64,000 bases of DNA, from assembly GCA_002269645.1 (NCBI GenBank), contig NIVC01001165.1, positions 96,261-160,260 on the forward strand, in the 5' to 3' direction. Below are positions 17,205 through 28,276 of the stretch, piece by piece (position 1 is the stretch's first letter; every line of letters starts with the position of its first letter). Both the position numbers and the translations under genes were made by a program. This DNA is from Macrostomum lignano (Eukaryota). Under the pieces are notes generated by a model that worked only from the letters and a program-made list of their open reading frames with translations, had not been told where the DNA came from and did no database searches.

Positions 17205-17462
17205 GATAGGCGGGAGTACATTAGGGTGGGGTGGGGGCCTGGCTGATAGGCAGGAGTACATTGTGGGGTGGGTAGTGGCTGGCTGATAGGCAGGAGTACA
17301 TTTTGGGGTGGGTGGTAGCTGGCTGATAGGCGGGAGTACATTGTGGGGTGGGTGGTGGCTGGCTGATAGGCGGGAGTACATTGTGGGGTGGGTGTTGGCT
17401 GGCTGATAGACGGGAGTACATTGTGGGGTGGGTGTTGGCTGGCTGATAGGCGGGAGTACATT
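17205..17462. repeat. 40-bp minisatellite (ggctgataggcgggagtacattgtggggtgggtggtggct)
   Basis: About 6 units, G-rich on the + strand. Confidence 0.9.
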
Positions 17463-19861
17463 GTCGGTATCTCTCCTCCATAATTTCATTTTGAAGAAGT
17501 CAGCTTCACTTTGGAATTGTCATTCTACTTTTTTGAAGAGAAAAATACACAGATGTTTGTTTCTCACGCGCATATAAAAATTGGTTGTAGGAGTTTTCAA
17601 ATTTAGCAATACGCAAATTATTTGACACTTTAATCAAGAATACAAATCAAGGTCATTTTGTTTTTCTGCGCCGATCCATTTTGTTTGACTGACTGTGATT
17701 TGGCTGACTGTGTAAGAAAGTATTTTTTCATCCAGTTTTTCGCAGAAAATTTTCTAAATTTTGACTGAAAATTCTCAGCGTATGCACACCATTGGCCCTC
17801 GGCTGCTCATTCCTTCTGGTTGCTTTGTTTTGCTGTTTTTCCTTTAAAATCGCCACTGTACTACTGAATTTTTCACACCTCAATAGACAGTCTAGAGCTT
17901 TGTTTATTATTAATGTTTTTCCATATCTTTGTTTTAAAAAACTTCTTTCAAATCCCTCACAGACTACTCATTGTCCTTTAGTACTATTGAAATATGTGTC
18001 TGTAGAACATTTTTAAATTAAATTCTCTTCAAATTTCAGTTTTAGCCTGTCGTAAAAGAAAATATCAGGAATTTAGAAATTTGTTAATTAAAGTGCTCCG
18101 ATTTAGCGATATGTTTTGAAACAAATATTTTTTGCGTAGCTGCATAGCTGGACTGATGCGGTCTGCACTGCGATAATTGTAGTTAGTAGTATGATAAGCA
18201 AATTTGTGTTTACTTTCTAGAGAGGATTTTTAACTTTTGTTACAAATTCGCTGATATATTTCTTCACAAGGACACGAATTGAAATTCTATTTTTTAAACA
18301 AATAAACGGTAAAATAATTTTACCACTGCAGGCTGTTTAGTGGCTACAATTAAAGCTAAACACATTTGTTGCAACTGAGAAATGCAACTTTCCTTTCTCA
18401 TTGGAGGTGTCTTTCAGGAGGCTCCAGGTTCGTCACCATGAATTTTATGGTGAGGGGACAAAGCCAAGAATTCTAAACATGTCATGTACATGTACATGAC
18501 TAAATTCCTAAATGTACATGATTTTGAGAGAATCGGTGTTGTCAGCACTCGTTTAAGTGCCGCAGACACTCATTTTAGCGCCACAGGCACTCATTTTAGC
18601 GCCATCTCATTCGATAGGGTTGCCATATCATTCGATAGGGTTGCCATCTCATTCGATAGGGTTGCCTCGTGTAACGGAAGTTTTGAGACGTTCGAAGCGA
18701 GACTAGCGACCCTAACAAACGGTTTGTTAAGAAACACATGATTGACTTGTTGAGTAGATTTAAAAAAAACTATAGTTCGATTAAGTTTTACCATAGAACA
18801 GGAGCTACCTAGGAAAATATGGTAATGCAGTTTGAATGTAACTACTTGACTGCTTTCTTGCTGGTCTCCCATTGTCAAACAAAAGGAGAGTAAACCTGCG
18901 AACCAACATGAGGTGTTATCGATTTAGTGCAGGAGATGCAAGAGGTAGACTAGAGGAGAGGAGAAACCTTCAGCGAGTCGAATTGCTGTCGCAAAGTTTT
19001 AACAGAGCCGAGGGCTGGATAGAGAGGATTCTGGAGGGACAGATCGAGTTTTATGATTCCTGATTTAGTACAATCGGAACTGCGAGCTCCAACCTGGATA
19101 ATGCATACATTTGACAGGCCTCTAGTTCTGAAACCCGTGAAATGACGTCATTCGTTTATGAACTGAAGCTCTTAAAGAGATCAACAATCGGACGCCCCAC
19201 TGATGCGCTTAACTTGGCGTAATATTTCAGCTAAGTGTTGCTGAATTTTAACAGGTACCCGTTTTCTAGCGACGTTGTTGTTGGACGTCAAAAACTTTGG
19301 ATCGCTTTACGGGCTGGTTGATTGATTGATGGTTCTGTGACCTTTCTGTGATACGCGTACTAATACGACTCGTAATAATATGCTCGACGTGAATCTCAAC
19401 CAAGTTGTCTCTAAATTATGTGTTCCGGCATGACAACACAAGTACATCAATTTTTCAGACGTTCTATCCACTCAAAATGTCACTCACAAGCGACTGTACA
19501 TTCCGGATAATTCGGCGAAGATCTTCAAGGCCTGGCTGCTGGAGGTGCCGGGCACTCCAACTCTGGCTGGCTGCCTGTGCCTCTGCTCATGGCATCCGCG
19601 GTGCAGCGAAGTTGTGCTCAACTCAACCGGCTGCTCCCTGCTCACCGACGCCCCGCTGTGCCGATGATATCAACGGCCGACAGCTAATTTCTCGGCTGAG
19701 AACACTTTTGTGAGTTTGTAGATTTGTGATCGAGTTGGAAATCTCAGGTACTCGATGCTCTTTGAGCACCATAAGATCATGACGTTATTTGATTGAGTCA
19801 TTCGTGGTGGTGCAAACCAGGGGGCTTAGCCATCATTTTTATTGAGTTGTGCATCTTAAGG

Positions 19862-20397
19862 ACTCCAGCACCAAGGGGCGCCAGCACCAAGGGGCGCCAA
19901 CACCAAGGGGCGCCAGCACCAAGGGGCGCCAGCACCAAGGGGCGCCAACACCAAGGGGCGCCAGCACCAAGGGGCGCCAACACCAAGGGGCGCCAGCACC
20001 AAGGGGCGCCAACACCAAGGGGCGCCAACACCAAGGGGCGCCAGCACCAAGGGGCGCCAGCACCAAGGGGCGCCAACACCAAGGGGCGCCAGCACCAAGG
20101 GGCACCAGCACCAAGGGGCGCCAGCACCAATGGGCGCCAGCACCAAAGGGCGCCAGCACCAAGTGGCGCCAGCACCAAGGGCACCAGCACCAAGGGGCGC
20201 CAACACCAAGGGGCGCCAACACCAAGGGGCGCCAGCACCAAGGGGCACCAGCACCAAGGGGCGCCAGCACCAATGGGCGCCAGCACCAAAGGGCGCCAGC
20301 ACCAAGTGGCGCCAGCACCAAGGGGCACCAGCACTAAGGGGCGCCAGCACCAAGGGGCGCCAGCACCAAGGGGCGCCAGCACCAAGGGGCGCCAGCA
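19862..20397. repeat. 16-bp minisatellite (ccagcaccaaggggcg)
   Basis: Intronic tandem array. It explains several overlapping repetitive ORFs. Confidence 0.95.
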
Positions 20398-20577
20398 TGA
20401 CTACTCATTAAAAAATTGCTCTCAATTTCTTTTACTTCAGGACTTTTACTGCACAACTGGCGGGCAGTGCTACGAAACGGTCACCTTGAGAGTCTCCAGC
20501 GCTATCAGCTTTAATCGTCTCTGGGCCGACTTCAAAACCGGTTTTGGGGCCTACCATGCCGATTATTTTGTTGGTGA

Positions 20578-21075
20578 GCACTGATCACACTCACACTGAT
20601 CACACCCACACTGATCACACCCACACTAATCCCACCCACACTGAACACACCCACACTGATCACACCTATCACTCTGATCACACCTATCACTCTGATCACA
20701 CCCACACTGATCACACTCACACTGATCACACCTGCACTGGTCACACCCACACTGATCACACCCACACTGATCACACTCACACTGATCACACTCACACTTA
20801 TCACACCTGCACTGGTCACACCCACACTGATCACACCCACACTGATCACACCCACCCACACTGATCAACTCGTACTGATCAACTTGCACTGATCACACCC
20901 ACACTGACCACACCCACACTGATCACACCCACTCACACTGATCACACCCACACTGATCACACCCACCCACACTGATCAACTCGCACTGATCAACTTGCAC
21001 TGATCACACCCACACTGACCACACCCACACTGACCACACCCACACTGACCACACCCACACTGATCACACCCATAC
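20578..21075. repeat. 15-bp minisatellite (cactgatcacaccca)
   Basis: Intronic array starting at the donor (gtgagcactgatcac). Confidence 0.95.
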
Positions 21076-21681
21076 ACTGGTGACCGCACCCCAGGCATGG
21101 AATGGCTGCATCGTACCACTAGAAACCTCACTAATAGCCTGATGAGAATCGACCTGCTCTATTGGAACGACGTCTACATCTACGCCAGGTACAAAGACTT
21201 TCGCATACTTGACGAGTCAACAAGGTATACTATCCAGGTTTTGGCGCTGAACTCCGAGAGCACAGCTGTAGCCTCCTGCTTGGCGCCAACCAACACGCCA
21301 TTAATGACCAGAGATCGAGGAACCAGTCGATGTGGACTCGCCTTCGACAACAGGTGCGCCACCAGTTTTCTGCCACACTGGCACACCTGCTGCCATTGCG
21401 CTGGCCCATTCGGACGGTACTACAATTATCCCGCTGCGCTGGACATTCCCAACAGAGCCACCGGCGTCAGCTGGCTGTCCAACGCTCCCAGAAACATTTC
21501 TGACGGATTTTTCTACAGCTTCAAACAGCTGGAGATGCTGCTGCGGCTATGAAAACAACAACTAACGGATCGTTAACACCGTTTGGAGGCAGTGCTGTAG
21601 GGCATAGTTTAAGTGATAATTAAACGCAGATTTGCTTTTACAACAACAACAACAACAAAATACGCTGTCATGATGGTAAAA

Positions 21682-22356
21682 GTCAGCGTCACAGGGCGCG
21701 CTTCATGGCTTGGGCGCGAACAAAGGCCGCGCCACCGGCAGTGTCCGGGGCGCCGGCGTCAGCCAGCAGACAGTCGACATAACGCCGAGTTCGCGCTTGA
21801 CCTCGCCGGTAGGGTGCCTGCAGCGTGAGCAGCAGCACCTCCTGCACCGGCTGTGGGCAGTACGACTCGGCGCGGATGAGATGGCCTGCGAGCTGGAGTC
21901 GCCGACGGCGCAGTAGATCACTTGGACGTGGCAGGCCAGCGCGGCGATAGAGTGCCGCGTTGGTGACTCGCTCGACGCCGATGTTGAAGGCGGCGCGCAG
22001 CAGACCAGCGTGCGCCGCATCGACTTGCTGTTCGAGTGAGTCCGTCAGCGTCCAGGTCTCGGCGTTGTACAGCAGGACGGTCTCGATTACCGCCTGGAAC
22101 AGCGCCGCCCTCTGGCGGTCCGGTAGGGCCTCGGACTGCAGGACTGCCCTCACAGAACGAAAGGCAGCCCAGGCAAGCCCGCGGCGGCGTCGCAGGTCCT
22201 CGCGAGCGTCTGGAACCAGACCGCCGAGGTAGACGAACTGCTGACATCGCGGGAGTTCGGTCGCCTGCCCGTCAGCGCCTCGGCAAAATATTGCAGCCTC
22301 GATGTCGTCCGGCACGCAGAGCACAACGGTCTTCTGCGTGTTGACCACCAGGCCTT
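21682..22356 (-). mobile_element. 5'-truncated RTE-clade non-LTR retrotransposon (end of RT, thumb and C-terminus)
   Basis: Uninterrupted 219-aa frame: GLVVNTQKT..FVYLG..EDLRRRRGLAWAAF..LFQAVIETVLLYNAETWTLT..VTNAALY..RRRRLQLAGHLIR..RRGQARTRRYVD. These are typical RTE/BovB-like motifs. A short tgacgctgac tail follows the stop. Confidence 0.9.
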
Positions 22357-22452
22357 TTCACTACTGTTAGTAGTAGTTTTACCTCGATCATTTTACGAGC
22401 TACGGCCTTGCATTGTTATCATGTTCTATTCTAACCTAATATATGTATTCTA

Positions 22453-22670
22453 GCCTAGTGGTTTAGCGAGAGGCGCTCTGATATGCCGGCGGCCCAGGCT
22501 CGATTCCAAGTGCAGTCACATTAATTTGGGGCTGAATTGGAATCTTGGCTTGGCTCTGCTCGTGCAATTAACGCCATTGAGGGCCAACCCCCAAGGCACA
22601 GTGAAGTGTACATGCCTAACGATAAATACAGTTAGGGCCGCTGTGCACTCGTGTGTGTGAGCGTGTGCCT
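22453..22670 (+). mobile_element. Probable tRNA-derived SINE (second family)
   Basis: An A-box-like gcctagtggtttag and a B-box-like ggctcgattcc with tRNA spacing, followed by an unrelated body and a GT-rich tail. Only one copy seen. Confidence 0.45.
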
Positions 22671-22954
22671 GTGCGTATGACTGTCATTTTTCAGACATTT
22701 TCTCGACAAATTTGACAAACTTGTGAGTACCGCCTCGAACCGCCTCGAAACGCTCCACAGTCAGAGCTTGCAATCGTGAAGTTTATGGTGAAGTACGAGT
22801 ATCCGATATTGCCTCAGCTCTTGTTTTGTCCTAAGCGTTCCACCATGAACTGTGTCCAGACTATAGGCAAAACATATCGGTATAGTCGAATTTCACTGGA
22901 AAGTCAATTGCAGGCAGCAGTCAGATCTTTTTAATAGTCAAAAAACAGTCAAAT

Positions 22955-23130
22955 GTCACTGACAGTCAAATGTCACTGACAGGCAAATGTCACTGACAGG
23001 CAAATGTCACTGACAGGCAAATGTCACTGACAGGCAAATGTCACTGGCAGGCAAATGTCACTGACAGGCAAATGTCACTGACAGGCAAATGTCACTGACA
23101 GGCAAATGTCACTGACAGGAGAATGTCACT
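22955..23130. repeat. 17-bp minisatellite (aaatgtcactgacaggc)
   Basis: About 9 units. Confidence 0.93.
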
Positions 23131-23580
23131 TGCAGTCTAATGACACTACCCTAAAACAGTCTTAGCAAAATGACTCTCCACGGACTCTCGGTTATGAGCC
23201 CCGCAAGCTTTCACTTTACGAGCAAACGTGTACCAAACGCCGAAATAAGTGCTGTATCAATATATTGGCAATGTATTCGTATAACCATCACTGCAGTATA
23301 ACTATTGTGGATCGCGACCATGCTGTCCCATTTCTCTGCTTCATCATGCAGAGCCTTCAAAATGACTGCAAACATTATCTACATGCAAATGGGAGGAGCA
23401 TTTAAATAATTGGTCTCTTAAAATTTTTCCAGCATGCAGTCACATCCGGCTTTAGTAATTATCGTCTCCCTCATCCGGCTGCAAAGGCTTATAAAAATTT
23501 GAGACCAGAAAATGGCTTCAACAGCAGAACAATATCGACTATTTTGAGCACTCGGCCATCTGCGCAGCCCCAGTAGATTG

Positions 23581-24933
23581 ATGACGCTTTTCGGGCAGCA
23601 GCTGGGGCTGAAGCTGCTCCTCATTCCAGCATCCGCTGCTGTTCAACTTCTCGCTGCCTACTTTCTACCAATTCGCTGGTTCAGCGACCGGCAGTTCCAG
23701 CTGCGACGTCCGCTGCTTGTCGCCGCCTGCGGCATGTCGGCTGGCGCTCTCTGCTCAGCCAGCCTGCTCGAACTGTTTGCGGCTGGCAGTGCCGAATTTG
23801 AGGAAGCTCTGCGACAGAGAAAAACTCATCTGCAGGTGGTGCTGGGCGACTTCTCCGTCTCGAGCTTCCTGCTGCTGTGCGGATTCTTTGCGCTGTTCAG
23901 CTTCGACCAGCTGGCGCTGCGGGGCGGTACTCTGGAGCCGGAGCCGGAGCTTGGCAGCGAAGCTCTGGCCGCGTTCAACCTGGGCTCCAGCGGCTCGGGG
24001 ATTTCCGCCAGCAGTCGGAGTCACCTTCTCCGCGACGACGACTGGGTCGCTGATGGGTCCGAGGTGGAGCGGCGGCCGATTGTGACAGCAGCTGCGGAAG
24101 CTGCAGTCTCAGCCGACAATGCTGGTGGTGACTGTGCAGAAAGCGGCCAGCAGGATGTACATCCGCCAGGGACGACCTCACCAACCGCCAGCTTTCAAGG
24201 AGTCGGGCAGTACGGCACCAACAACAGCGACAGTAGAAGTTCCAATTCCGATTTGGAAGAGCTTCTTGACGAGGTCCAGTTAAATCAGCAGCAAGGTGCC
24301 GACGTGGCGCCAGCGAATTCAGCCGTTCCAGAGGGCCATGGAAATCGAGGTCAACTTGTACAGAGAACTATTCGAAGGAATCGCACAGCTGTCCACCGTC
24401 ACAACTTCCTGACCAACGCCCTCTGCTTCAGCCTGTGCGTTCATGCCGCTCTCTCGGGCTGGCGCCTCGGTTCCAGTTGGGAAGTTTCCCCCGCCAAGCT
24501 CGGCGGCCATTTGCTATTGCTGCCGATGCACGAGGCGGTCATCGCTGCAAGCGCTGGACTGCTGCTTGTGACCACTTACTGCACCGTCACCGTGGAGGCA
24601 TCGCGTTCCTGCTGTTCTGGAAAAACAGCGGTAGTTTCCGGAGCATTAGCCTTATCCATGGCTGAACCGTTGGGCCTCGCGGTTGGGCTGGCGATGTCGG
24701 GAATCGCTCCATCCAAACGGTGGCCAGACTTTCTTTTGTTGATAAGGGCATCTGTTTTGTCCTTGAATGCGGGAGCTTTTCTATTCACCATCTTTCTGCA
24801 TGCCGTGCCTTGCATGTTGTCTAAATTCGGTGGCGAACAAAGTCAGTCAAATCAAACTGTTCTGATGATGACCTTCTTTGTTCTTGGCTGCTCTCTGATT
24901 GTAGCAGCTAGTTTTATTGTTATGCTTTTTTAA
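23581..24933 (+). CDS. Divergent ZIP (SLC39A1-3-like) metal transporter, intronless, 450 aa
   Basis: Single ORF with about 8 hydrophobic segments in a 3+5 arrangement around a long polar loop. It has AGALCSASLLELF (compare GVFLATCLLDLL), SLCVHAALSGWRLG (TM4), MHEAVIA (TM5), SMAEPLGLAVG and AGAFLFTIFLHAVP (compare AGTFLYITFLEILP). Confidence 0.75.
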   Translation: MTLFGQQLGLKLLLIPASAAVQLLAAYFLPIRWFSDRQFQLRRPLLVAACGMSAGALCSASLLELFAAGSAEFEEALRQRKTHLQVVLGDFSVSSFLLLCGFFALFSFDQLALRGGTLEPEPELGSEALAAFNLGSSGSGISASSRSHLLRDDDWVADGSEVERRPIVTAAAEAAVSADNAGGDCAESGQQDVHPPGTTSPTASFQGVGQYGTNNSDSRSSNSDLEELLDEVQLNQQQGADVAPANSAVPEGHGNRGQLVQRTIRRNRTAVHRHNFLTNALCFSLCVHAALSGWRLGSSWEVSPAKLGGHLLLLPMHEAVIAASAGLLLVTTYCTVTVEASRSCCSGKTAVVSGALALSMAEPLGLAVGLAMSGIAPSKRWPDFLLLIRASVLSLNAGAFLFTIFLHAVPCMLSKFGGEQSQSNQTVLMMTFFVLGCSLIVAASFIVMLF

Positions 24934-27900
24934 TAGCTTTTGATGTTTAGGCACGTCCTCTCGGCCCCATTAATATTTGCGCACCCTCACTTACTTTCCT
25001 GTGATTCCTGCGCCCCCTTAATGACTCATTGGGATAAGTAATCAAGATGACTCATGCTTGTCACCCACCCCACTCCCCTGCACACCAACCCCACCTCCTA
25101 CGAGCGTATTGTTTTAAATTATTTTTCATGCTTGTGACAGTTTCATGACTCCCAATCTCCCCAACTTTTTCACTCATCATAAATCATTTTTCTTCTATGC
25201 GCCCCACCCCAATTTCTCGTCGAATCACAGCGGCCAGTCACGGCCTTCAATCTTACGTGTGATCACTTTGACGCGTAATCGCAGGGCAATAAAAGTGAAG
25301 AGCCTTAACTTAACCTTTTGTTTACCTCGAGGCGATACGTCTTGATTTCCTCTCCCTCCCACCTTCTTTCCTTCTTCTCCTCCGTCTCTCCCCTTTGCTT
25401 TAACCTCCCTTAATTCTGACGTGTCTCGCCTGGATTGATCGTCCGTGACTGCATCCGCCGCCGTGACCATCCGACGCCCTTCGGGCCACGCGCCAAGCAT
25501 ATAAAGATATTTTTCCTCTATTGCGCTCGCCGTTGGGAATCATCAGTCCGGTCTCCCCATTGCTCCTACTGCATCTCCTACATGTACTCCTGCAATCTAA
25601 CGTATTCTGAATTCCAATAATTAACGCGCAAATGGTAGGGCCAGGGCCAGTAAATCAGGGCATTAGCAATTCAACTCGTTTGCTTCTGTCTGTTACTTAT
25701 TTACCAAAAGTCATGGTATGAAGTGTGAGTGTGCCTGAGTAGCAGTAACAATACTTCTAAATAATTCCCCAGTTGTGTACTGTAGCTGATGTGCACCATG
25801 AGAGAGCCCTCCAGACCTGCACTTCCCCATCCCCCTTCCGCATCGAACCCACATCTAGCTGCAGGGAGGATTTGAAGACAATAAAATGGCGTCACCTATT
25901 ATCCACGGCCCTTAATTAGGATCCTGGGGGCTTAGGAGGGAATCTTAGTGTAGTCTACAATCGCTTACCTAAAAGACCCTCTATGCCAATGATTCGCTCG
26001 TTTCCATGCAGTACTGATTAGACTGTCCTTGTATGCCTCGCATAGAGTCTTAATCGGCCATTTCTAGTACAGTTGGGCCCAAGAACGTTCATCGATCTGC
26101 AACAGATTAGGAGTCCTGTCTCGTACATAAGTAGGAGTTTTTATTACCGGGTGTAGCTACTCCCTGCATAGGTGACACTGGCACTGCAGGTTGCGGCCAC
26201 GCCATGTATTGTCTATGGGGCATGTCACAATGATGAGCTAAACTTTAGCTCATAAATCAGTTACCTAGTAAATTTACGGAGTCACATATATTGTATTCTG
26301 TGTTATAGTACACTAAAATTACATACATGTATGTTTGAAGTTCAAGTTACATGTTAAATGGGAAATACGTGTGGGCCAACTGATTGAATGATTATTCAGT
26401 TTTCCATGTACTAAGTGTTAAATATTCTAATTTCTACAATGATACTGCAGCTATATTGTCATAAATGTACGATTTTCCAGAAATGACGTACGTTACGGCC
26501 GGGCTGTACGAAAAAACCTGTGCAACCCCCCCGCTGGGCTCTGGCACTGCGAAAGCAAGGAAAGTTAACTATATTATTATATTAGTATATTATTAGTAGT
26601 ACCATACCTTGAGGGCCCTTAAGACTGAAAGGTGCCGCGCCATGCCTCGTCCTAGACTTTTTGGGCCCGTTCTATAAAGCCATCGTAAGATAAGGTCGTT
26701 CTTAGCTCCTATCTCCGCAGTTGAGCGGAAATAAAAAGTTTGGATCAGCAATGGGAACTGAATCCATTACTTATTGATGCGAATTATTTGATCTACAACT
26801 CTTTTTTCAGCATAATAAGTTGTTTGAAGCTAATTGTACGTGTTAAAACAAACTATTTATTTCTTTTTAAAACACTTTAGTTTATATAGTTTTATAGTAA
26901 GTTTAATTTAGTAAAAAGTTGATGCAATATCTAAAGACTTTATTTTGCCTTAAGCTTAACTGTGAAAGTTAGTGACGCAGAAACTTTTTAAACGAATTTC
27001 AATGTAGCGCATTTTTTGTATACTGGTGCTTAAACATCGCAGGACACTGGGGTAAGGCAAAGCAAGACGATTAAACAAAACACGATGTAGTTTGAGGCTC
27101 TTCGTTGCTTTGAATGGTAAAGAAGAAGCCATAGGCCTATACCGTGTTAATGATTATGATTTAATTATTCACATAAATATCATTTATTTGCCTTATCTCA
27201 TCCAACTCGCTTACTCGCATGTGTGTGTGTGACAGTGTGAGTTGTGTAGTTCAGTTGTAAATTTTCTAAAAAGCTTTAATTTAATTTTTATGCCCTTATA
27301 TTGACCCTATAATTGCAGTTAATGAGGTTTATAATAATAAGAGGCTTTCAGTTTTTAGGTCAAATCAGTACAGAATTTTGCTTCCTATTGTATTTAATCT
27401 TTTCTTTAACTAGTTTCTTTAATAAAAAGCAATAGCTTTTATTAGCAGTTTAGTTATAGTTAGGCCTAGTTTATATTTTATTTAATGATATGGTTTTGAC
27501 CATTGATTTGAATTTAGGAAATTGAAAAGTGAAAGTATACACTAGTATTAGGCCTTAACAGCAATATAAAATTTGTTTTATGCCTACCATAGTTTAATAG
27601 ATCTAGAGTGGTAAAATATAAAAATGTTAATAATAAGATAAATTCTGACTTCTAACATATATTTTTTGTGACTTTAAAGGCTATCTACATTGTAATTGAA
27701 TACAAACATGTTTGCTTCTAAGTATTTTGTCATTATCAATATTTGTTATATAATTTTATAAAGGCTTAGTTGATAGTGGCTTAGAATTAACATTTAGAAT
27801 ATCAGTTCTCTTTTACTAATAAGGTGCTTATAGAATCTATTAAAAATTAGGATTAGGCAGAGTCTTGATATCCAAATATGCCCTGGCTATATGGGTCAAT

Positions 27901-28276
27901 GGCACAGCCAAAATTATTTTTTGGAGGGGGTTTCTTTTGGTTTTTTTGGTTAAATAAATTTATTTCATATAAGTCAAAAATATTTGATACAAAATGATAT
28001 AGTTCTAGTTCTAACTACATTATATGCTATTAAATATGCATCTATTTATCAAATATATATACTCATTTTGATTTTGCAGTGTTTGTCTATCTATCTGTCT
28101 GTCTTTGATATTTTTTGAGATCTATCTGGCCAATTTTGATGAAAAATTCTAATGGCAATGGGCCAAATATTTGAAAATCTATTTTTAAGACTGATTGGTG
28201 ATCAAACTTTGGGTTTTTCAGCTCTTATTTTTTAAGTTGAACAATTTTCCACCTATCTGAGCACCAGCTGAAAGCC

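Larger units (their letters stand above)
19459..21552 (+). pseudogene. Fibrinogen-related protein (PAN/apple-like domain plus fibrinogen C-terminal domain) with an in-frame TGA; first exon not located
   Basis: Exons 19459-19709, 20441-20573, 21095-21552, all GT-AG. FReD motifs: SFNRLWADFKTGFG..DYFVG|MEWLHRTT..LMRIDL..YARYKDFRILDESTRYTIQV..GVSW..FKQLEMLLR. The upstream exon has a CLCLCSWHPRC...C (PAN-like) pattern. A TGA at 19665-19667 lies in the frame fixed by the downstream junction. Confidence 0.7.

Noticed and set aside
17792-18016. Hydrophobic ORF as signal-peptide exon of the fibrinogen-related gene
   Set aside because: No in-frame ATG and no convincing phase-1 donor.
19793-20889. GAPAPRG, WCWRP, HTDH and CDQC repeat ORFs (look like structural or metal-binding proteins)
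   Set aside because: They lie within GT-AG introns of the fibrinogen-related gene and derive from 15/16-bp arrays.
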